Notes: a model not told the origin generated them from the letters alone. Shown: positions 20,075 to 29,936, numbered from the stretch's first letter. The stretch: DNA of 64,000 bases from an uncultured delta proteobacterium (GCA_963789395.1 CAWBKP010000012.1:128001-192000), one strand, 5' to 3'. Made by a program: numbers and translations.

Positions 20075-21410
20075 CACATTGCCTCCAATTGCTGACTCCA
20101 GCCTCAAGGATATGTGGCGGTATAAACATCCCTGACATGACGGAATGAATGATCTGCTGCTGTTGGTCTGACTGCAGAAATTCGTGGGTGAGTCGGCAGA
20201 ATTTGGCCTCCAACTCTATCTGGGTCATGGGATTGGCAGGGTCGCCTCGGGGATCCATTACGGTTTTTTCGATTCTTTCTGCGGATGTTTCCACCCGCAC
20301 ACGGGCTGGTGTCTGGCGAGGGAACAGATTATTCAGGCCGGTGTCCTGGGTCAACGTGACACGATGGGCAAAATTCACGATATCTGGATCATGAAGAAAT
20401 GCCTCCGTAATCGGCAACAGCGCAGCGGGGCCTTTGACGGCGGCCACCCCCAGACAAAAGGGGATGCTGTACTGGGCGGCTTCCATACTGGAAGGATCCG
20501 GGTAGTTGTTTAGCCGCAACGCGCGTTCAAAGGTTTCGACCGTTACCCGGTCAATGGACTCAAAAGGCAAACGGTTTTCTTTCATGATCGACACCAGGGC
20601 GTCGATTGCAGCATGACTCCAGCGGCAACTGGAATAGGGCTTGAAATAGATGAGCTCAATAGCTCGGGAGCTGATCGGCATGGCTGTAATTTGATCCGGA
20701 TTGAAATACTCCGGATGATCCAGAATATCCAGCGGTCCTGTAAACCCCTCCGTGGCCAGATCTACCGCGACCAGACCCAGCATGGTGGCCCAGGGGATGC
20801 CTTCCTTGACATGGTTTCCCATTACCTGTGAGTAGCCCGATGCGGCCAGATCCGGAATCTGGGAACCTGCAATGGCCAGGGCCTGAGCCAGAACCGGGGC
20901 TGTCAACCGGCGAAGTCTCCCGGCGGCCGCGGCTGCGCCGTAAGTGCACCACCGCCCTGTGGACAGTGTCGGCAGACGTGAAAAATCACGGGCAGCTCCC
21001 ACCCGGCAGGCGATATCGTAGCCGATTGTCAGGGCGGCCAGGATGTCCCCATCGGATGCCCCGACTTCCTGGGCTACGGCCAATACCGCAGGGATGATGG
21101 ATGCGCCGGGATGACCGGCCGCTCCCCGATGGCCGTCATCCAGATCCAGTGCGCTGGCGGACGCGGCATTTGCCAGCGCGGCCGCAGATGCTGTCATTTT
21201 AATGCCGGTAAACCAGATCGATGAATTGCCGGCGCTGAAGTTTTTCCGGACCATGCGATGAATGGCAGTGGCGGATTCCGATCCGTGGCCTGCCCAGGCA
21301 GCGCCAAGAAGATCCAGGATGCAGCGCTTGGCAGCCGTTTTGACCGCATCTGAAATGTCTTCGGGCCGAAGAGCCAGTGCAACCCCGGCCAGTTTCTCGG
21401 TTGTGTACAT
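20022..21410 (-). CDS. MmgE/PrpD family protein
   Basis: LDLDDGH, HPGASII, FKPYSSCRWSHAAID, AQYSIPF and PRGDPANP motifs; 3' end overlaps EVE and is uncertain. Confidence 0.9.
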   Translation of the reverse strand: MYTTEKLAGVALALRPEDISDAVKTAAKRCILDLLGAAWAGHGSESATAIHRMVRKNFSAGNSSIWFTGIKMTASAAALANAASASALDLDDGHRGAAGHPGASIIPAVLAVAQEVGASDGDILAALTIGYDIACRVGAARDFSRLPTLSTGRWCTYGAAAAAGRLRRLTAPVLAQALAIAGSQIPDLAASGYSQVMGNHVKEGIPWATMLGLVAVDLATEGFTGPLDILDHPEYFNPDQITAMPISSRAIELIYFKPYSSCRWSHAAIDALVSIMKENRLPFESIDRVTVETFERALRLNNYPDPSSMEAAQYSIPFCLGVAAVKGPAALLPITEAFLHDPDIVNFAHRVTLTQDTGLNNLFPRQTPARVRVETSAERIEKTVMDPRGDPANPMTQIELEAKFCRLTHEFLQSDQQQQIIHSVMSGMFIPPHILEAGVSNWRQCDDEILVDEIRADNVFDR

Positions 21411-21412
21411 GG

Positions 21413-22579
21413 TTACTTTCCCGCTCTGGCGGTAAGCTGAATAGCCTTCCACATCTTTTCAGCCTCCGGACTTTCCGTTATCAGCTTTTCGATGATCAGC
21501 CGTGTCGCGCTATGCCAGGGTTTGATATCCACTTTCAGATACGCGGCGCCGTAGCGGCGCATGTTTGCCGGCTCGTTTTCCGCTTCGGCGCGATCGACTT
21601 CCCGGCTGAAAAAATCGCCGGCCGCATCGCAGGCCTCTGCCAGTTCGGTCTGTATACCGGGCGGCAGGCAGTTGTAACGCGCTTCGTTCACGGCCACCAT
21701 CAACAGCGGTGACACGTCTCCGAGCAGGGTGACGAACCGGCCCCGTTTGCAAAAACCCAGCGGAAAGAGATGGGCCTTGTGGGTGGGAAGCAGATCCACC
21801 TCGCCCCGCAGCCAGGCGCGTCGAAGTCTGGGCCAGGGAATCACGACAGGTTTGGCGCCCATTTCCTCCCAGAAGCGGGCAAGAAGCGGTGATTCATAAA
21901 TGCGGACTTTCAGCCCTTTCACCTGATCCGGATGGATGATGGGTCGCGTGGACAGGATGACCCATTCCAGACCGCGCCGCCAGTTCCAGTGTGAATTGAT
22001 CGGATGGACGCCTTTCCGGAGAAGCGTCTGCCGCACGATCTGATCAAATCCCGCCGAATTCAGAAAGGCGTTTTGATGTTCGGTGCCGTTAAAAATGTAC
22101 GGCAGGCTCAGCAGATCCAGGGCCGGCGCCAGATCCCGAAAGGCTGGAAGATCCTCGATAAACAGATCCAGAAACCCCTCTTTGAGCATGGCGGACTGCC
22201 GTGTCTGTGGACCCAGCAGCGTGGCCTGCAACGGCACCAGCGACAACCGCCCTTCGGTGCGGCGCCGGACCTCATTGGCAAACCAGGTAAGCCCGCGGCT
22301 TTCAGGTCCGGCCACAGTGGTCATAGTGCCCAGAACCCGGGGGATTTCATCGTCTTTCTGAAACAGATAGCTCAACGGGCGTCCCAGAATCTGACACAGA
22401 CTGGTGAGTGCAGCAATCGACAGGGCTGCCTTGCCGGTTTCGATTTTGGATATCTGGCTCTGGGATAATTCAGCCCGAAGCGCCAGTTCAACGGCTGTAA
22501 GGCCGGCAGCGATCCGCAGCTCCCGAATCTTTCCACCGATCCGGTCCTGTAAGGCTTTCTCATTCATATCATTCAACAT
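21413..22579 (-). CDS. XRE-family HTH fused to a TRAP (DctP-like) solute-binding domain
   Basis: N-terminal IRELR...SQSQISKIETG HTH; C-terminal LSLPYIF, VKGLKVRI, EMGAKPV and LRGEVD DctP-like motifs; no signal peptide. Confidence 0.85.
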   Translation of the reverse strand: MLNDMNEKALQDRIGGKIRELRIAAGLTAVELALRAELSQSQISKIETGKAALSIAALTSLCQILGRPLSYLFQKDDEIPRVLGTMTTVAGPESRGLTWFANEVRRRTEGRLSLVPLQATLLGPQTRQSAMLKEGFLDLFIEDLPAFRDLAPALDLLSLPYIFNGTEHQNAFLNSAGFDQIVRQTLLRKGVHPINSHWNWRRGLEWVILSTRPIIHPDQVKGLKVRIYESPLLARFWEEMGAKPVVIPWPRLRRAWLRGEVDLLPTHKAHLFPLGFCKRGRFVTLLGDVSPLLMVAVNEARYNCLPPGIQTELAEACDAAGDFFSREVDRAEAENEPANMRRYGAAYLKVDIKPWHSATRLIIEKLITESPEAEKMWKAIQLTARAGK

Positions 22580-22588
22580 AACAGTATC

Positions 22589-23737
22589 TTAGACAGACAT
22601 CTCCTCTTCCCGCCTCACCACCTGAATCTTTCGTCTCTGAAGTTCTTCCAGCACCCGGTTGCCGGGAACGTCTGCAATGGGGGAGAGCACGCCGGGCCGG
22701 CTCACTTCGCCGGACAGCACCATCTGGGCCGCGATGCTGGCAGTGAACCCAACGGTCCGGTTCATAGCGAAAAGACCGGTCTCAAGATCCCGATAGTCGA
22801 TGACTTCGTAGATCACCCGTTTGTTTCTGCCCTGTTTCAGTCCCCGTGCCTCTATCCGCAGAACCGCCACATCCCTTTCATCATCCCGGTACTGGAGCCG
22901 GGGCGTCAGGTGCTTGACCAGATATTTCAGGGGGGCATCCTCCAGAAAGCCCATATCCGCCATTACCCGCCAGTAGGCGCTGTGTCCGGGCCAGCGGGCG
23001 GCATAACGCCCCATGTCTTTAAGCTGCGGCCCCAGACCAAAGCGGTCGATGAATTCAATAGCATCGCCATTGGCATAGGCTTCCATGTCGCCGACGCCCG
23101 GAACATGAATCAGATGAATATTTTCCTCTCGGAAAATCTCGGTGCCGGCAATATCAATCTGTTTACCGTCTTTGAGCATCCGGGCTGGCCTGCGGTAGGC
23201 ATTCAGCACGCCTTCCAATGTCCAGGTGATCTTGTATTTAAGGGCATTATCGGCTGCGGACAATTCGGGCACGCCCAATCCATAACTGTAAAGGCCGTGA
23301 ACTTCGTCTAAATCCGCCACTGCCAGCTTGCCCAAGATCAGATCGATGCCGGGATCAAAGCCCATCTCCGGCAAAATCGTTATTCCGTTCTCCCTGGCAC
23401 GCCCATCCAGATCCTCGACCCAATGGCTGTAACTGGTGTTGACAAAGGGGATTCCCGCCGAAATGCAGGCTTCTGCCACAGGATGGGCCAGAAATGTGGG
23501 CAGCATGCAGACCGTGATGGCAGCACCGCTTTTTTTAATGAAACCTGACAGATCCGGATTCTCCGCGACATTGAGTTGCTGAAGCCGCACCTTGGGATAG
23601 GACCCCCGCTTTAGAAATGCCTCTGCTGAGGCTATGTCCAAATCGGCGCCGATAATGTCATCTAACAGGCCGTTTTGAGACAGGTCATGGATGACGGCTT
23701 TGCCTTGAAGCCCGAGTCCAAGCACAAGTGCTTTCAT
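22589..23737 (-). CDS. saccharopine dehydrogenase / lysine 6-dehydrogenase family protein
   Basis: VLGLGLQG Rossmann motif, EMGFDPGID, LKYKITW, RWPGH and AMNRTVGF. Confidence 0.9.
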   Translation of the reverse strand: MKALVLGLGLQGKAVIHDLSQNGLLDDIIGADLDIASAEAFLKRGSYPKVRLQQLNVAENPDLSGFIKKSGAAITVCMLPTFLAHPVAEACISAGIPFVNTSYSHWVEDLDGRARENGITILPEMGFDPGIDLILGKLAVADLDEVHGLYSYGLGVPELSAADNALKYKITWTLEGVLNAYRRPARMLKDGKQIDIAGTEIFREENIHLIHVPGVGDMEAYANGDAIEFIDRFGLGPQLKDMGRYAARWPGHSAYWRVMADMGFLEDAPLKYLVKHLTPRLQYRDDERDVAVLRIEARGLKQGRNKRVIYEVIDYRDLETGLFAMNRTVGFTASIAAQMVLSGEVSRPGVLSPIADVPGNRVLEELQRRKIQVVRREEEMSV

Positions 23738-23805
23738 AATAATATAAAACTCCTTATGTAGTTATCTGTTTTTTTATTTATAAATCGGAAAAACTGTCGT
23801 TAAAT

Positions 23806-23913
23806 AAATTCGAAATTCGGAGCAAGAAATTCAAAACAATGTTCTAATATCAAATGTTCAAACCAGGAAATACAAATCGTCACGTGTTGTTTTGATATTC
23901 GGGTTTCGTATTT
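23806..23913. repeat. AT-rich heptamer-periodic imperfect inverted repeat
   Basis: AAATTCG-AAATTCG-GAGCAAG-AAATTCA... on the left; the right arm reverse-complements to AAATACG-AAACCCG-AATATCA. Confidence 0.6.
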
Positions 23914-23943
23914 TACCTGAACATTTTTTATTAAGAAGCTCCT

Positions 23944-24075
23944 GAGCCTTTTGCAAAAGTTCCGCCGTTCGTCACCCCGGTGAAAACCGGGGTCCAGATG
24001 CCTTTGATTTCACTGGATACCGGCTTTCGCCGGTATGACGGAAGAGGCATTTTGAAGAAGTTTTGCAAGAAGCTC
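23944..24075. repeat. MITE-like element with a nested REP-like inverted pair
   Basis: 19-bp terminal IR (16/19 match) enclosing GTCACCCCGGTGAAAACCGGGGTCCAG (23971-23997) and CTGGATACCGGCTTTCGCCGGTATGAC (24013-24039). Confidence 0.75.
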
Positions 24076-24077
24076 CC

Positions 24078-24986
24078 CTATTTGGGAATATTCCTCAGCC
24101 TCGGGTCCAATGCATCTCTCAGTCCGTCGCCCAATAAATTGATGGAAAGTATGGTCAGCATGATGGCCAAACCCGGCAGGGTCACCAGCCACCACGCATC
24201 GGCGATATAAACCCTTCCTTCAGCCAGCATCCGGCCCCAGGTCGGCATGGGGGGGGGGACGCCCATGCCCAGAAACGACAGACCGCTTTCCCAGATAATG
24301 ATATTGGCCACGCGAACCGTTGCCAGCACCAGGATGGGAGATAGCACGTTGGGAAAGATCTGCCGCAGCAGGATCACCCGGTGCGGTGTCCCCACGCTTC
24401 GGCTGGCCAGCACAAATTCCTTTTTCTTGATGCTGAGCACACTGCCGCGGATTGTGCGGGCGTAAGTCACCCAGTCCGACAGGCCCAGCACCAGAATCAG
24501 GTTGAAAATGGAATTCCCCAGCACCGCAATCACGGAAATGGTCAGCAGCATGAAGGGATATGCCATGAATACATCCGCCACCCGCATGATGACGTTGTCG
24601 ATCCGGCCTCCGTAATAACCGGAAATCAGCCCCAGTCCGATCCCGGAAACGCACGCCACCAGAACCGATGAAAAACCGACCAGCAGGCTCACCCGGCTGC
24701 CATAAAGGATCCGAACCAGGATATCCCGTCCCAGATTGTCCGTGCCCAAGGGGTAAGCCAGGCTGCCGCCGGACTGCCAGAAAGGCGGCGTTAGTCGCAT
24801 CAGCAGATCCTGGGCAAGGGGATCTCGTGGATAAAAAAGCGGAAAAATAAGACTGGTGGCCATGATGCCCAGAAAGAGCATGCCGCCGATCACGGCTCCG
24901 GGAGACCGGCTCAGGGCCTGGAATGTTTCCCCCCACAGGCGCAGGCTGGCGCGAAGGTGACGGAACCGCTCCGTGGATCCGTTCAT
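24078..24986 (-). CDS. peptide/nickel ABC transporter permease (DppC/OppC)
   Basis: LGTDNLGRD, ESGLSFLG and LGDGLRDALDP motifs. Confidence 0.95.
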   Translation of the reverse strand: MNGSTERFRHLRASLRLWGETFQALSRSPGAVIGGMLFLGIMATSLIFPLFYPRDPLAQDLLMRLTPPFWQSGGSLAYPLGTDNLGRDILVRILYGSRVSLLVGFSSVLVACVSGIGLGLISGYYGGRIDNVIMRVADVFMAYPFMLLTISVIAVLGNSIFNLILVLGLSDWVTYARTIRGSVLSIKKKEFVLASRSVGTPHRVILLRQIFPNVLSPILVLATVRVANIIIWESGLSFLGMGVPPPMPTWGRMLAEGRVYIADAWWLVTLPGLAIMLTILSINLLGDGLRDALDPRLRNIPK

Positions 24987-25909
24987 TTGGCCTCCAGGAA
25001 ACTGATCTGGGGATCCAGGTATAGATAAATCAGGTCGGTCAGAAGATTGACAAGGACAAAGAGAACGGAAAGCACCAGCACAGCGGCCTGAACAAGAGGG
25101 TAGTCCCGTGTGAAAATGGCCTGAACCACCAGGCGGCCGACGCCGGGCCAGGCAAAAACCGTTTCGATGATGACCGTGCCGCCGATTAAAAATCCAAACT
25201 GCATCCCGGCCACGGTAACCAGGGGAATCATGGCGTTTTTCAAGGCATGCTTGCCGATCACCATTTTTTCAAGCAGCCCTTTGGCCCGGGCGGTCCGGAC
25301 ATAATCCTGATTGAGGACATCGAGCATCACCGAGCGGGTCAGGCGGGCGAACATGGCCATCAGGCTGAGTCCCAGTGACAGGGATGGCATGATGAGCTGG
25401 GCCAGGGTTCCCCTGCCGGACGTGGGCAGCCAGCCCAGATTGATGGAAAAAATCAGTATCAGCATGATTCCCAGCCAGAAATGGGGCATGGACAGACCAA
25501 AGAGCGCGCCCAGCATGGAAGTGAAATCCCATATTGATCCGCGTTTGACAGCCGAGATGATTCCAAGGGGGATGGAAAAAACCAGGGCGATCAGCATGGC
25601 CGCCCCGGCCAGCTCAAGGCTTGCAGGAAGCCGTTCCAGAATCAGAGTGAGGGCCGGCACCCGGTGCTGGAGCGAAATTCCCAGATCCCCCTGCACCGCA
25701 TGACTTGCAAACCGCCAGTACTGGACGGGCAGGGGATCGTTGAAGCCAAGCTGCTCCCGCAGGGTTTCGATTTCCGTTTTTGTGGCGTCCGGCGGCAGCA
25801 TGAGCATGACCGGGTCTCCGGACAAATGGATAAAGAAAAAACTGATGATGGAAATACCCACGGCCACATACACGGTGTGCCAGAGTCTTTTAAGGATGTA
25901 TCGACCCAT
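24983..25909 (-). CDS. peptide/nickel ABC transporter permease (DppB/OppB)
   Basis: DYVRTARAKG, HALKNA, ETVFAWPG and RDYP motifs. Confidence 0.95.
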   Translation of the reverse strand: MGRYILKRLWHTVYVAVGISIISFFFIHLSGDPVMLMLPPDATKTEIETLREQLGFNDPLPVQYWRFASHAVQGDLGISLQHRVPALTLILERLPASLELAGAAMLIALVFSIPLGIISAVKRGSIWDFTSMLGALFGLSMPHFWLGIMLILIFSINLGWLPTSGRGTLAQLIMPSLSLGLSLMAMFARLTRSVMLDVLNQDYVRTARAKGLLEKMVIGKHALKNAMIPLVTVAGMQFGFLIGGTVIIETVFAWPGVGRLVVQAIFTRDYPLVQAAVLVLSVLFVLVNLLTDLIYLYLDPQISFLEAK

Positions 25910-25957
25910 GAATATCCTTATCGCCGGCGAATCGGCCGGTAATTCAGTGAAACGGTC

Positions 25958-26040
25958 TTTATCGTGAAGCCGTGAGAGCGTGAAATCGTAACATGGTTTC
26001 CCCTCTCACGCTCTCACGCATTTTACGCCCTCACGATAAA
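25958..26040. repeat. octamer-periodic long hairpin between the SBP and permease genes
   Basis: CGTGAAGC-CGTGAGAG-CGTGAAAT opposite CTCTCACG-CTCTCACG...CCCTCACG; outer 10 bp TTTATCGTGA/TCACGATAAA is a perfect match. Confidence 0.7.
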
Positions 26041-26046
26041 ACCGGC

Positions 26047-27543
26047 TTATTTTTTCGGTTTGGCCGTGTTCATGATCAGATAGCCATCCCGCAGGCCCTT
26101 GTAGTCCACGGCATCTGAAACCCCATAAACTTCTGGAATCACGTAGAGATAAACCCACGGCGCATCCTGATACAGATACCGGTCAAGCTCGTTGTAAACC
26201 TTGACTCGGGCCGCGGGATCCATGGTGCTTCGTCCCTTGTCCAGCAACTGATCCACGGTTTCGTTCTTGTAGTAATAGTCCCGGCTTTTTGAATGAAAAA
26301 GGGAATACATGTAACGGTCAGGCTCCGGGGCATCGTCCCAGAAATAGATGTACATCTGATGCAGTTTGTTTTTGTACCGATCCCACATAACGGCCCGTTC
26401 GAAGGGCTCAAGGGTGACTTTAATGCCGACCTTGGCCAGATCCGAAGCAATGACCTCGGCCTGTTCCTGAATCTGCGGCAGATACGTGCCGTAAGCCAGA
26501 CGGGTTTCGAATCCATTGGGGTATCCGGCCTCGGCCAGCAGTTTTTTGGCTTTCTGAGGGTCATACGGATAGGGTTTCAGGGTAGGATCCGCACCCATTG
26601 TTCGCGGGCTGATCGGTCCTGCACAGAGAATCGCCTTGTCATTGAACAGGGCTTTGTTGATGAGCGGCCGGTTGATGGCATAATTCACGGCCTGCCGGAC
26701 CTTTACATCACTGAAAGGTTTTTCATACGTGTTCAGGCCCAGGTAGTTCATGGAACCCATCTGATCGGTCAGATACGCCTTGCCGGATTCCAGGATTTTC
26801 TTGCGCTGATGCACGGGAACGCCGCTGATTACATCCGCTTCGCCGGTCAAAAGGGCGGCGATCCGGGAAGATTCTTCGGGAATGCCCTTGAACACCAGTT
26901 TTTTATAGGCCGGTTGCGGGCCGTAATATTTGTCATAGGCAGAAAGAAGGATTTCCTGGCCTTTGACCCATTTGTCCAGTTTATACGGGCCGGAGCCGAC
27001 CGGATTGAGGTTGTATTCCGCATCCCCGACTTTCTGGATATAGGCGGGCGGAACGATGAACAGATACTGCGCCAGCATATACAGCCCCGGGGCATAGGGC
27101 TGGTTCATGGTTATGGTAAACGTGTTGTCGTCAATCACATTGACTTCTTTAAAGCTGTTCAGCTTGCCTTTGTGGGGGCTTTTGAGGGCATCGCTCATGA
27201 TCCGGTCAAATGAGAATTTTACCGCTGCGGCATTAATGGGCTCGCCGTTATGGAAAGTGGCGCCCTTGACCAGGGTGAATTTCCAGGTCAGATCATCCAC
27301 TTTTTCCCATTTCTCGGCCAGGCCCGGTTTGACCGTGGCGTCTTCCTGGGGTTTGAGCAGTGTGTCGTTGATGTTGTATCCCACGCTCATGGTGGTCTGG
27401 ATGGAACTCTGCATGATATCCAGTCCCACGGGTTCGGCTTCCTGAATCACCACCAGGGTGTCTCCGGCCGCAAGCACCGGTCCAACCATGGCAATGGACA
27501 CCAGGGCCAACGCAATTATCATCCACGTCATTCTTTGTTTCAT
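26047..27543 (-). CDS. peptide ABC transporter substrate-binding protein (family 5)
   Basis: Signal peptide; PGLAEKW, FHNGEP, PVGSGPY, VRQAVNYAIN and AKKLLAEAG motifs; RBS AGGAG before ATG 27543. Confidence 0.93.
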   Translation of the reverse strand: MKQRMTWMIIALALVSIAMVGPVLAAGDTLVVIQEAEPVGLDIMQSSIQTTMSVGYNINDTLLKPQEDATVKPGLAEKWEKVDDLTWKFTLVKGATFHNGEPINAAAVKFSFDRIMSDALKSPHKGKLNSFKEVNVIDDNTFTITMNQPYAPGLYMLAQYLFIVPPAYIQKVGDAEYNLNPVGSGPYKLDKWVKGQEILLSAYDKYYGPQPAYKKLVFKGIPEESSRIAALLTGEADVISGVPVHQRKKILESGKAYLTDQMGSMNYLGLNTYEKPFSDVKVRQAVNYAINRPLINKALFNDKAILCAGPISPRTMGADPTLKPYPYDPQKAKKLLAEAGYPNGFETRLAYGTYLPQIQEQAEVIASDLAKVGIKVTLEPFERAVMWDRYKNKLHQMYIYFWDDAPEPDRYMYSLFHSKSRDYYYKNETVDQLLDKGRSTMDPAARVKVYNELDRYLYQDAPWVYLYVIPEVYGVSDAVDYKGLRDGYLIMNTAKPKK

Positions 27544-27650
27544 GATCTGTCTCCTTCTTTGTGAGTAGCGCCGGCGCATTTTTCATAAAACCGGCAGTTC
27601 ATGTTTAAAACTGTCATCTGTCGTCAGTCGTCCATCCTCTGTCCAAAAAG

Positions 27651-27730
27651 TCCCCCTTTGAAAAAGGGGGATTGAGGGGGATTTTCAATCGGTCGAGGCT
27701 GTACAAAACTCCCTCCTGCCACCCCTTTTT
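27651..27730. repeat. CCCCCTTT/AAAGGGGG palindromic intergenic repeat
   Basis: TCCCCCTTTG-AA-AAAGGGGGA hairpin followed by GAGGGGG and a degenerate inverted partner. Confidence 0.55.
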
Positions 27731-28702
27731 TCAGTTGGCGGGATAAAGATGACATCTCACCCCATGCTCCCCGTCCACCTCCCGCACCTGCGGCATCTCT
27801 TCCCTGCAAATGGCCATCACTTCGGAGCAGCGGGGGTGAAACCGGCATCCGGACGGCGGATTGACGGGTGAGGGCACATCCCCTGCCAGAATGATCCGTT
27901 TACGGGACCGTCTCGGGTCGGGCACAGGAACGGCGGAAAGCAGCGCCCATGTGTAAGGATGCAGCGGATTTCCGTAGAGCGTCTTGACATCGGCCATCTC
28001 GACGATCTGCCCCAGATACATGACCCCAACACGGTGGCTCACATAGCGAATCACTGCCAGATCATGGGAAATGAAGAGGTAAGAAAGATTAAGCTTTTGC
28101 TGTAGCCGGACCATCAGATTCAGCACCTGGGCACGGACCGATACATCCAGAGCTGATACCGGCTCATCACCGATGATCAGCTTGGGCCGGAGCACCAGTG
28201 CCCTGGCCACACAGACACGCTGGCGCTGGCCCCCGGAAAACTCGTGGGGAAAGCGGGTCATGTGCTCCGGCGAAAGCCCCACCGTTTCAAGGGCGCCTGC
28301 TACCCGGTCCAGCCGCTCGGCCGCACTGATATTTTCATAATTGAGGATCGGCTCCTCGATAATCCGCTCAACGGTCTGCCGCGGATTCAGGGATCCGAAC
28401 GGGTCCTGGAAAACGATCTGCATGTGTCGCCGGCGCTGGCGAAGCTGATCCGGGTCAAGCGCCAGAAGATTCTCGTTCTGAAACCACACCTCACCGGCTG
28501 TGGGCTCGATGAGCCGCAGAATGCTGAAACCGGTTGTGGATTTCCCGCATCCCGACTCTCCCACCAGTCCCAGCGTCTCGTTCTCGCCGATGGAAAACGA
28601 CACATCATCCACTGCATGAACAACGGATTTTTTGCGGCCCCAGAAGCCTTTCTTCAGGGGAAATTCCTTGACTAGATTTCGTACCCTCAGCAGCTCAGAC
28701 AT
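27731..28702 (-). CDS. peptide ABC transporter ATP-binding protein (DppF/OppF)
   Basis: [25 protein letters not shown] and GCRFHPRC motifs. Confidence 0.96.
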   Translation of the reverse strand: MSELLRVRNLVKEFPLKKGFWGRKKSVVHAVDDVSFSIGENETLGLVGESGCGKSTTGFSILRLIEPTAGEVWFQNENLLALDPDQLRQRRRHMQIVFQDPFGSLNPRQTVERIIEEPILNYENISAAERLDRVAGALETVGLSPEHMTRFPHEFSGGQRQRVCVARALVLRPKLIIGDEPVSALDVSVRAQVLNLMVRLQQKLNLSYLFISHDLAVIRYVSHRVGVMYLGQIVEMADVKTLYGNPLHPYTWALLSAVPVPDPRRSRKRIILAGDVPSPVNPPSGCRFHPRCSEVMAICREEMPQVREVDGEHGVRCHLYPAN

Positions 28703-29666
28703 GGGACCCCCGCAGCCAGCAGGCCACCCGATGATCTGATCTCACCGTCTCAAGTGGCGGTGCCTTGGACAGGCAGATATCGATCGTCTCCGGACAACGG
28801 GGTGCAAAATGGCAGCCCGCCGGTAAATCCGTCAGGCTCGGCACCACACCTTTGATCTCGTTGAGTGCTTCGGTTTCAAAAGAGGCGTCGGCCCGGGGGA
28901 TGGCGGCCATGAGCCCCTGGGTGTAAGGATGCAGCGGATGATCAAAAAGATCCAGTGTGGAAGCCTCTTCCATGATCCTGCCGGTGTACATGACCGCCAC
29001 CCTGCGGGTGACCTCGGCCACCACACCCAGGTCATGGGTGATGAGCAGCACCGCAGTGCCCAGCTCTTCTTTCAATGTTGCCATCAGTTCCAGAATCTGG
29101 GCCTGAATACTGACATCCAGTGCCGTGGTGGGCTCGTCGGCCAGCAGCAGGGCAGGGCGGAAGGCAAGGGCCATGGCAATCATGACACGCTGGCGCATCC
29201 CGCCGGAAAGCTGATAGGGATATTCCTTGACACGCCGCTCCGGAGCCGGAACACCCACCATTGCAAGCATGTCGACGGCGCGCTCGAGGGCCGCCGACCG
29301 GCTGAGATTCCCATGAACGAGAAAAACTTCCATCAGCTGGTTTCCCACGGTAAAAACAGGGTTCAGAGCCGTCATGGGTTCCTGAAAGATCATGCTGATC
29401 TGGTTGCCCCGCATCAGGCGCAGATCGTTCGATGAAACCTTAAGCAGATCCTGGTTCTTAAAAATAATCTCACCTGCAGGAACAAATGCGGGCGGCTGGG
29501 GCAAAAGCCCCATGATGGACAATGCCAGCACCGATTTGCCGCACCCGGATTCCCCCACGATGCCCACGACCTCTCCGGGGGCGATGGTCAGGCTTATATC
29601 ATCCACAGCCCGGGTAACGCCTTTGGGGGTTCGAAAGCAGATGGTCAGATTCTGGATTTTCAGCAT
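28695..29666 (-). CDS. peptide ABC transporter ATP-binding protein (DppD/OppD)
   Basis: [24 protein letters not shown] and GCHFAPRC motifs. Confidence 0.96.
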   Translation of the reverse strand: MLKIQNLTICFRTPKGVTRAVDDISLTIAPGEVVGIVGESGCGKSVLALSIMGLLPQPPAFVPAGEIIFKNQDLLKVSSNDLRLMRGNQISMIFQEPMTALNPVFTVGNQLMEVFLVHGNLSRSAALERAVDMLAMVGVPAPERRVKEYPYQLSGGMRQRVMIAMALAFRPALLLADEPTTALDVSIQAQILELMATLKEELGTAVLLITHDLGVVAEVTRRVAVMYTGRIMEEASTLDLFDHPLHPYTQGLMAAIPRADASFETEALNEIKGVVPSLTDLPAGCHFAPRCPETIDICLSKAPPLETVRSDHRVACWLRGSHV

Positions 29667-29742
29667 AATGTCGGCAATTAACGGGAGTGAATGGTATTCA
29701 GGAAATATAAATCTATATTAATTCATTATTAACATTCATAGA

Positions 29743-29761
29743 ATATTCCTGTCAAGAATAT
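29743..29761. promoter_or_regulatory. palindromic operator overlapping the -35 box of the ABC operon promoter
   Basis: ATATTCCTGTCAAGAATAT is a near-palindrome and contains TTGACA on the minus strand. Confidence 0.55.
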
Positions 29762-29936
29762 ATTCTGTCTGGTTTCGAAACGACTCGGTAACCCAAATCT
29801 GACACAAGACGTGGCTGAAGTCTTTCGTTCGGCAAATCAGTGCCGTATCCAAGCGTTAGATCCCGCATTAGAGGAGAAAAATATAGATGAAAATATCGGA
29901 ATAGATTGACAAGCAGGCGTGAATTATCAGAGAAAC

